From NCBI RefSeq assembly GCF_006345805.1, contig NW_021828631.1, positions 1 to 8,017 on the forward strand: DNA of 8,017 bases, written 5' to 3'. This DNA comes from Octopus sinensis. Its lineage: Eukaryota. Shown here piece by piece: positions 1 to 7,379 of the stretch; within the stretch, counting starts at the first letter, position 1, and every line of letters begins with the position of its first letter. Below the pieces are notes generated by a model. That model saw nothing but the letters and a program-made list of their open reading frames with translations, ran no database searches and was not told the DNA's origin. Both the position numbers and the translations under genes were made by a program.

Positions 1-360
<360 letters not shown>

Positions 361-667
361 ACTCTCTGTATGTTTGCCTGTCTGTTTTCTGTCTGTTTGT
401 CACTCTCTCTATATATGTATCTATATTATATATGTATATACACACTCCAAGAATTAACATTATACGTCCAAAGCATCATCAAATCCAAAAACCTCTATCG
501 AAAGCATAAAAACTGGAGAAAAATGTGTACAAATGATAAATCTAATAAAGGAAATCAAACGTAAATCTGAACGTTGCAAACTTCAGGACTGCAACTGTTT
601 CACTAGCCATACGAGTGCAACATCACTTGCTGGTTCACCATCTATTTAGAACGGGGTATGACAAAAC

Positions 668-865
668 ACTCTTTTATTCTTTTATTGTGTTACTTGCTTC
701 AACCAGTTGACTGTGGCCATGCTGGAGCATCGCCTTTAGCCGAACAAATCGACCCCAAGACATACTTTGTAAGCCTAGTACTTATTCTATCGGTCTATTT
801 GGCTGAAACGCTAAGTTACGGAGACGTAAACACACCAGCATGGGTTGCCAAGCGATGTTGGGGGA

Positions 866-908
<43 letters not shown>

Positions 909-1090
909 CCCCCCCCACACACATATACGATGAGCTTCTTTCAGTTTCCGTCTACCAAAATCACTCACAAGGCTTTGGACGGCTCGAGGCTATAGTACAA
1001 GACATTTACCCAAAGTACCAGGCAGTGGGACTGAACGCAGGACGACGTGGTTGGGAAGCAAGCTCCTTAAAACACAGCCACGCCTGCGCC
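668..1090 (-). mobile_element. tRNA-derived SINE, family A, copy A1 (full length, diverged)
   Basis: Colinear along its whole length with the copy at 6267-6657 (shared GACTGTGGCCATGCTGGAGCA, AAGCCTAGTACTTATTC, CAGTTTCCGTCTACCAAA, CGAGGCTATAGTA, GCAGTGGGACTGAAC). The minus-strand head GGCGCAGGCGTGGCTGTG...GTTCAGTCCC contains Pol III A- and B-box-like motifs, and the 3' tail is a simple (AATAAAAG)-like repeat. Resembles octopus tRNA-derived SINEs (OK/OR1/OR2 group); the exact family was not assigned. Confidence 0.9.
869..906. repeat. (AC)n microsatellite inside SINE A1
   Basis: About 19 pure AC units followed by a short C-run, at the position where copy A2 has a degenerate AC/AT tract. Confidence 0.95.
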
Positions 1091-1207
1091 TTTAGCACAC
1101 TGTTTGAAAGTAAAATATTTCCGGTTCATACATCTTCTGTAAAATTCTTCAAAAACATTGAACTCATTCTATTATCGCAATACACCCACGAAATTAACAA
1201 CAAATGG

Positions 1208-1487
1208 CACACACACACACGCACATAAACATACCTCTCACAATCACACACATACACAGACACGCACACACATACATACACGGAGAAAGACATATACACA
1301 CACATACACACACATAAAACGCACGCACGCACACATACTCACACACACAGAAATCCACCGACACTCACACGTACTCACACACACAGACACACAGACATAC
1401 ACACACACATACTCACACACATGTTCATATGTATATATTCATGCGGTTAATTCGTTTACACATACACGCATATTCACGTATGCATTC

Positions 1488-1552
<65 letters not shown>

Positions 1553-1808
1553 CATACATACATACATATATGTGTATATATATATCCACATACATATTAT
1601 GTTTGTGTATGTGTGTGTACGTGTGTTGTGTTTTTGTATATGCATACCGCAATATATGTTATTCTACTACAAAAACATCCAAAACAAAACCTCTGGTCAA
1701 TTATATACATATGCATGTATATGTATGTATATATATATATTGTGTGTGTGTGTATATATGTATATATATATATATATATATATCTATATATATATATATT
1801 ATATATAT

Positions 1809-1853
<45 letters not shown>

Positions 1854-1860
1854 ATGTGTG
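1208..1860. repeat. Long compound low-complexity tract: degenerate (CA)n/(CACATA)n, (TA)n at about 1491-1548, (TACA)n, (TG)n at about 1813-1852
   Basis: Directly visible. It explains ORFs 1126..1332, 1158..1892, 1425..1652, 1429..1863 and 1613..1897 (HT, YI and VC dipeptide repeats). Confidence 0.95.
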
Positions 1861-2596
1861 TAATATATTCTATACGCCTCTCGCTACTCTGAATTAATTA
1901 AGGAACCAAAGGATTACAGTCGAACATAAAAATAAGCTCTTCTAGGCTTCGCTTGATGATCAATTTGTAAATGCCTTTAGAATTCATTTTCACACAAGCT
2001 ATGGAAACCATATTCCTTTATTTCAATTAGCAAAACATGGTTAAATTTTTGCATAGAAGATTCCAGTTTTATGGATGAAATCACTAATGTTAATCCTACC
2101 ATTAATAATTATATTGGTCGTACTCAGATGAAGAAAAATTTTACATTTATCATTCTTTTGCCATTAGAAATGATTGCTTCAAACTTCGCCACGTAAATCG
2201 CAAATTCTTTGTTTTTCACAAAAGAATTCTGTACTAAATGCCCGCGCGCACGTACACATACATACACGCACAGGCACATAAATTTTATTTTATGTATATA
2301 TTTATAGTTATTCCCAAACAACATACAATCTGACACACACGTATATAATTATGGTTATATAAACAGTTTGTGTAACGGTTGCAAGAATCTTGATATGGTA
2401 TTGTGTGGAGGCAGTAGGCGTAGTATTTTGTGAGGACCATTTTGGCAATGAAATCGCTGGCTCTGACTATCTCGCAGAGTGAAATTAATAAGAATAGATT
2501 ATATAGGTAAAAAGAAAAAGACTCTCAAAATACAATACACACACATACCTATTTATAGTCGTGTAAAAATATATGCACACACATATAGACACATAC

Positions 2597-2675
2597 GAAA
2601 ACGGAAGAATTCATTGACGTTTCGAAACTCTGCTCTTCCTTTGAAAGGAATGAAGTGAGAAAACAGATGTGTATA
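2597..2675 (-). mobile_element. Short relic with a degenerate hammerhead-like motif (possible Penelope-like element fragment)
   Basis: The core at 2614-2649 matches 3050-3085 at 24/36 positions ungapped. The minus strand reads CAAAGGA-A-GAGCAGAGTTTC-GAAAC-GTC. The segment is bracketed by CA/TA/TACA simple repeats. The class assignment is inference. Confidence 0.35.
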
Positions 2676-2700
2676 AATACATACATACATACAAACAAGC

Positions 2701-2810
2701 AAAAGTACCCTGTGGTTGATGTTGAAGTTCTAATGAAGGAACCTTGGATCTATGTTAGAAACCGGCTTTTTCTCTATTAGCAAGAAATCTTGAAATAAAA
2801 CTGGACCATG
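2701..2810. repeat. Putative interspersed repeat fragment of unknown class
   Basis: A complex 110-bp island between microsatellites with internal self-complementarity (CTAAT 2730-2734 with ATTAG 2776-2780; CAAGA-AA-TCTTG). It looks like a cephalopod repeat from memory only, and there is a single copy in the window. Confidence 0.3.
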
Positions 2811-2838
2811 ACATACACACAACACATGAACAACACAC

Positions 2839-2913
<75 letters not shown>

Positions 2914-2922
2914 CACACACAA

Positions 2923-2957
<35 letters not shown>
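2811..2957. repeat. (CA)n microsatellite followed by (AT)n
   Basis: Directly visible. It explains ORFs 2730..2942, 2755..3009 and 2808..3131. Confidence 0.96.
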
Positions 2958-3137
2958 GGGAGAGTTTACGAAAAAAACAAAAGACGGAGACAGGTGGTGT
3001 ATAAAACAAACAGATGTATTAATATAACGCTCAGGAATAGAAAAAGTATTTTACGTTTAGAGCCTACACTCTTCTACAGAAAGGGACACAGAAAAAAAAC
3101 AAGGAGAGAAAAAAATATGTGTAGTGGCTAACGGTCT

Positions 3138-3140
<3 letters not shown>
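2958..3140 (-). mobile_element. 183-bp relic embedded in (TA)n with a degenerate hammerhead-like motif (possible Penelope-like terminal repeat fragment)
   Basis: Flanked on both sides by (AT)n. The minus strand of 3085-3050 reads CCCTTT-CTGTAGA-A-GAGT-GTAG-GCTC-TAAAC-GTA-AA, which follows the CUGANGA / stem II / GAAAC-GUH layout with two core substitutions. Confidence 0.45.

Positions 3141-3179
<39 letters not shown>
3141..3179. repeat. (AT)n microsatellite
   Basis: Directly visible. Confidence 0.97.
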
Positions 3180-3187
<8 letters not shown>

Positions 3188-3212
3188 AAGTTCAAATAAA
3201 GGCTAAAAACTT

Positions 3213-3417
3213 CATTAATGGGTAGTAAAATCCCTAGTAAATTGCGCTAAATGCTCAACGGTTTTTCGTCCGCCTTCACGTTCGGATTTCAAATTCCGAG
3301 GGGTTCGATTTTGCCTTTCATCTTTTCGGGTTCGATAAAACAAACACCATTCCAACACTGGTAATAGATTTAATTTCTTCCCCGGAAACAACTGGCCTGA
3401 TACCAAAACTTGAAACC
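3213..3417 (+). mobile_element. tRNA-derived SINE, family B, copy B1 (old, heavily diverged monomer)
   Basis: TTCAAATTCCGAGGGGTTCGATTTTGCCTTTCATCTTTTCGGGTTCGATAAAA aligns to 3917-3970. The degraded head aligns ungapped to the heads of B3 and B5, and it ends in ...TTGAAACC like B3. The 5' boundary is approximate. Confidence 0.8.
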
Positions 3418-3855
3418 GATAACTTTACGTTCGTCTACCACGGTATTTCTTTCGATATTGTATTTTGCAGGAATCAATTTGTATTGAACGCTAATATCTT
3501 AATTAATATAAATTTTATTATACCACATTAATCGCTAATAACTTTTTTAACTACACCAACCAATTCTTTCCATTCCCTATTCACATTCGCAATAACTAAC
3601 GAATGCTAAATAAATTTAATTCCCTATTAAATCTAGTAACATACATTTTATAGTAACACATTTAAATGAATTTCCGTCGTATTCAAATTTTTTCTCAATT
3701 TAATCAAATCACATGATTTGTATATTGTTATATTTTTGTAATATATTCTACTTATTTTATTTGCTTTTCTCCAATGACATTTCGACTGAACACGCATAAA
3801 TATGTCAGAACGCTTTCGTATTGTAAGATAAATTGATATCATATTCAGTGATGAA

Positions 3856-4231
3856 GGCGGCGAGCTGGCACAATCGTTAGTGCTTAGCGTTATTTCGTAT
3901 GCCGTTACGTTCTGAGTTCAAATTCCGCCGAGGTCGACTTTGCATTTCATCCTTTCGGGGTCATTAAATTAAGTACCAGTGACGCAGTGGGGTCGATATA
4001 ATCGACTTAATCCGTGTGTCTGTCCTTGTTTGTCCCTTCTATGTTTAGCCCCTTGTGGGTAGTAAAGAAATAGGTATTTCGTCTGCCGTCACGTTCTGAG
4101 TTCAAATTCCGCCGAAGTCGACTTTGCCATTCATTCTTTCGGGATCGATAAATTAAGTATCAGTTACGCACTGGGGTCGATGTCTGTCCTTTTTTGTCCC
4201 CTCTATGTTTAGAAATAAGAATAAGAATAAG
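3856..4231 (+). mobile_element. Family B SINE, copy B2: head-to-tail dimer (unit 1 3856-4072; A-box-less unit 2 4073-4212; (AATAAG)3 tail)
   Basis: A-box-like TGGCACAATCG at 3866-3876 and B-box-like GTTCAAATTCC at 3916-3926. Unit 2 repeats unit 1 from (G)TATTTCGT onward. The body is homologous to B1, B3, B4 and B5. Confidence 0.92.
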
Positions 4232-4705
4232 ATAATAATCAAATGGTTCCATAGATAGAAAATGGTTGAAAAACCCTTCTTTAAACAAAGCATCTGTGCA
4301 GGTTCTTCAGCAGGGAATCGCAGAATCTTCATTTGTCGTCTGCGACAGAAAAGCTCAGAAAAAAAAAATCCTTCACTTTTGCATATATTCATCTAATTAT
4401 AAATTATTGATACATAAAAACTGAGGTGCAGACCTATCTAATTCACTTGATTATTAATTCTTTTAAGCTACCCCTATATTTTCGCACTTATTAACATAAT
4501 TGATTTCATATCCTCTATTTTGTTATCATCAATACTTCTAATTAAACAATAAACTATATTTAACAAAATTAATTTGGGAAATTATATTGACTCAAAAACA
4601 TTTACTCTGGAATTTAATATGCGTAAATTATAATCTTTTAAGGTCACAGTACACTGAACACAGCTTCAATATTGAATCTCCAAAACACATTAACCGTTAC
4701 AATCG

Positions 4706-4718
4706 AGTATATTCACAT

Positions 4719-4756
<38 letters not shown>

Positions 4757-4780
4757 TATATATAGATATGTGAATATACT
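4706..4780. repeat. Perfect 16-bp inverted repeat enclosing an (AT)n spacer
   Basis: AGTATATTCACATATC (4706-4721) is the exact reverse complement of GATATGTGAATATACT (4765-4780). Confidence 0.93.
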
Positions 4781-4811
<31 letters not shown>

Positions 4812-5358
4812 CACACATACATACATTCATTCATTCATACATGCGCGTGTATGTGTGTGTGTGTAAAATTTGCTATAAACTGAAACAGCTTTTATTAATT
4901 AACTAGCTCATATATTATCTGATTTGAACCCTTTTCCACTTTGTCATAGGCGAGAAAAATCAATCTTTGTCCCATAAATGTAAATTCATTACATTTTGAG
5001 AAAAATCCAGTTTAGATTTTCATATATATGTGTATTCTTTACTAAATTCCAATATCAATTCAGCCTTAGCAACAGTTATCCTGCAGTTAGTTAAATTATA
5101 AATTCTATTCGTATTTCGTTTTTCACGATCTAAATTATATACAACATATAATAAGATATCATAGACATACATCGTAGCTTTGTCAATCAAAAGTCTGAAT
5201 TAATATCCTTATATTTACATAATTATGTTCCCCAAGGAAATTTGATATTCAATGTGTATTTTTCAATAATAAGTGGCTTTAAATAATGCCAGAAAAAAAA
5301 AACGATTTTAAATTGTCAGTTGAAATTAGTAAAGCTTATAATAGTCTCTATAATTAAT

Positions 5359-5780
5359 GGTTTCAAATTTTCCTTCAAGGGTAGCTTTTTGAGGGGAGGG
5401 GACTAGTCGATTACATCGACCACAGTGTTCAACTGGTACTTAATATATCGTCCCCGAAAGGATGAAAGGCAACGCCGACCTCGGTGGAATTTGAAGTTAG
5501 AACGTAGCGACAGACGGAATACCTATTTCTTTACTACCCACAAGGGGCTAAACACAGAAGGGACAAATAAGGACAGACAAACGGATTAAGTCGATTATAC
5601 TTATTTAATCGACCCCGAAAGGATGAAAGGCAAAGTCTACCTCGGCGGAATTTGAACGTAACGGCAGACGAAATACCGCTAAGTATTTCGCCCGGCGTGC
5701 TAACGTTTCTGCCAACTCGATGGGCGAAATACCGCTAAGCTTTGCGTCTAGCTTGCTAACGATTCTGCCATCACGCCGTC
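5359..5780 (-). mobile_element. Family B SINE, copy B3: dimer with an extra duplicated head, bounded by a degenerate 20-bp target-site duplication
   Basis: On the minus strand: head (5780-5720), head plus unit 1 (5719-5525), then unit 2 ending ...AAATTTGAAACC (5359). The flanks TAATAGTCTCTATAATTAAT (5339-5358) and TAATAGAGTCTTTAATTAAT (5782-5801) match 17/20 ungapped. Confidence 0.9.
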
Positions 5781-5801
5781 TTAATAGAGTCTTTAATTAA
5801 T

Positions 5802-5917
5802 TATTTCAAATTCTTTCCACAAGGGGAGTATGGAGGGGGGATTAAATCGATTACATCGACCTCAGCGTTCAACTGGTACTTAATTGATCGATCCCCAAAG
5901 GATGAAAGGCAAAGTCT
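5802..5917 (-). mobile_element. Family B SINE, copy B4 (5'-truncated)
   Basis: The minus strand reads AGACTTTGCCTTTCATCCTTTGGGGATCGATCAATTAAGTACCAGTTGAACGCTGAGGTCGATGTAATCG...CCTTGTGG...TTTGAAATA and has no head. Confidence 0.87.
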
Positions 5918-5931
5918 ATTCCACTAATATT

Positions 5932-6162
5932 CTTTTCTAATCTAGGCACAAGGCCCGACATTTTGGGGGAGGCGGCCAGTCGATTAGATCGACCCCAGTG
6001 CGCAACTGGTATTTAATTTATTGATCCTGAAAGAATGAAAGACAAAATCGACCTCGGCGGAATTTGAACTCAGAACGTAAAGACGGACAAAATGCCGGTA
6101 AGCATTGTTTCCGGCGTGCTAATAATTCTTTCCAGTCCATCACCGAAATCGACTGGCGTGCG
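5932..6162 (-). mobile_element. Family B SINE, copy B5 (monomer) with a perfect 14-bp target-site duplication
   Basis: ATTCCACTAATATT occurs at 5918-5931 and at 6163-6176. The body is homologous to B2 (GTTCTGAGTTCAAATTCCGCCGAGGTCGA on the minus strand) and the 3' end reads ...GGCCTTGTGCCTAGATTAGAAAAG. Confidence 0.92.
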
Positions 6163-6266
6163 ATTCCACTAATATTAACAATCCAATTATAAGAAAATTG
6201 AGATGGTTTGAAACATGTCTAATTTTATTCAAATCAAATTTAATATTTTATGATCAGTTTTATAGA

Positions 6267-6657
6267 TACTCTTACTATTACTCTTACTTGTTTCAGTCAT
6301 GTGACTGTGGCCATGCTGGAGCACCGCCTTTAGTCGAGCAAATCGATCCCAGGACTTATTATTTGGAAGCCTAGTACTTATTCGATCGGTATCTTTTGCC
6401 GAACCGCTAAGTTAAGAGGACGTAAACACACCAGCGATGTTGGGGGGGGGGGACAAACACAGACACACAAACATATAAATACACATACATATATACATAT
6501 ATACGACGGGCTTCTTTTCAGTTTCCGTCTACCAAATCTACTCTGAAGGCTTTGGTCGGCCCGAGGCTATAGTAGAAGACACTTGCCCAAGGTTCCACGC
6601 AGTGGGACTGAACCCGGAATTATGTGGTTGGTAAGCAAGCTACTTGCCACAAAGCCA
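6267..6657 (-). mobile_element. tRNA-derived SINE, family A, copy A2 (lacks about 10 nt at the 5' end)
   Basis: Colinear with 668-1090. The minus-strand head TGGCTTTGTGG (A-box-like) ... GGGTTCAGTCCC (B-box-like) is followed by ACCTTGGGCAAGT. It has a (TACTCT)-like tail at 6267-6290. Confidence 0.92.
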
Positions 6658-7000
6658 TGAAACATTATTACAAACCTGTTCACAATCTCATTTGATTTAC
6701 ATAGAGTGTCAAACTACACTTTCCTCATTTCATGAAACATTAACACGATAAACTTTCGGGACATCATTTTGTTCTATGTTGATATTTTGACATATTGTCA
6801 TAAGGTTTCATATTTTATTCTAAATTCCCACCAAACGCGGCCTTTCTTCATAATATTTACTACACTTTTAAATGTTATGTACGTACACGTATACACGCAC
6901 ACGCAAAGACACACATAGATATATACATATTTAATAATAGATTGATTCGACTCCATGCACCTTAAACTTAAGTAGACTCTTCCAACAAACGTCACCCGTC

Positions 7001-7027
7001 ATATATATATATATATATATATATATA
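7001..7027. repeat. (AT)n microsatellite abutting the Tc1 terminus
   Basis: Directly visible. Confidence 0.96.
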
Positions 7028-7331
7028 AGGGGGTTGGACAAAATAATGGGAAAACCTTAAAATTTCAAACAAATTAATTTCAATACGGGGTAGGACCGCC
7101 TTTGGCAGTAATTACAACTTGAATTCTATGTGGTATGGACTCGTACAAAGTTTGAATTGTTTCCAAAGGAATTTTTGTCCATTCTTCAGCTAAAACAGTC
7201 TCCAGTTCTTGTAGTGATGATTGTGGAGGATATCAGCTACTTAATTTTTATTCTAAAATACACCATTAATGTTCAATAATATTGAAATCTGGGGACTGTG
7301 GTGGCCATATAAGATGTTCAACTTTACTAGA
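7028..7331 (-). mobile_element. Tc1/mariner DNA transposon fragment (right end only)
   Basis: The terminus TA|AGGGGGTTGGACAAAATAATGGGAAAACC resembles a Tc1-type TIR next to a TA target. The transposase C-terminus is encoded on the minus strand and stops about 52 bp from the end. No partner TIR is present in the window. Confidence 0.88.
7080..7331 (-). pseudogene. Tc1-like (DD34E-type) transposase C-terminus, disrupted
   Basis: Manual translation: SSKVEHLIWPPQSPDFNIIEH*WCILE*KLSS*YPPQSSLQELETVLAEEWTKIPLETIQTLYESIPHRIQVVITAKGGPTPY*. WPPQSPDxNxIE and the terminal KGGPTxY are established Tc1 motifs. Three in-frame stops lie at 7268-7266, 7250-7248 and 7235-7233. Confidence 0.92.
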
Positions 7332-7332
7332 A

Positions 7333-7379
<47 letters not shown>

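Noticed and set aside
658-933. 91-aa ORF with a signal-peptide-like N-terminus (MTKHSFILLLCYLLQP)
   Set aside because: It is the antisense reading of SINE A1. The hydrophobic stretch comes from the SINE's simple-repeat tail, and the frame is not preserved in A2.
1010-1090. tRNA-like sequence with A- and B-boxes (also 6590-6657 and 3856-3930)
   Set aside because: These are SINE heads that continue into SINE bodies, and I could not fold a complete cloverleaf. They were not called as tRNA genes.
3445-3475. Splice-acceptor-like TTTCTTTCGATATTGTATTTTGCAG|G
   Set aside because: All downstream frames close quickly and no convincing donor follows. Such motifs are common in AT-rich DNA.
3705-3720. 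Palindrome CAAATCA-CA-TGATTTG (also TTCAATATTGAA at 4665-4676)
   Set aside because: Arms of 6-7 bp are expected by chance in 8 kb of AT-rich sequence.
3215-4392. ORFs 3215..3406, 3648..3842 and 4153..4392
   Set aside because: The first is antisense to SINE B1 and the third runs into B2. All are short with no recognisable domain.
4239-4410. ATG-less open frame on the + strand (…ASVQVLQQGIAESSFVVCDRKAQKKKS…) as a possible exon
   Set aside because: No recognisable homology and no clear splice boundaries. It cannot be supported without RNA-seq or BLAST.
3856-6162. Repeated GTCGAT...ATCGAC and related motifs that could suggest a CRISPR array or repeat-spacer system
   Set aside because: They are internal parts of SINE copies. 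There is no regular repeat-spacer periodicity, no cas gene, and the context is eukaryotic.
6656-6742. 12-bp direct repeat CATGAAACATTA (6656-6667 and 6731-6742) at the 5' edge of A2
   Set aside because: Both copies lie on the same side of A2, so it is not its TSD. The enclosed sequence has no element features. No TSD was found for A1, A2, B1 or B2.
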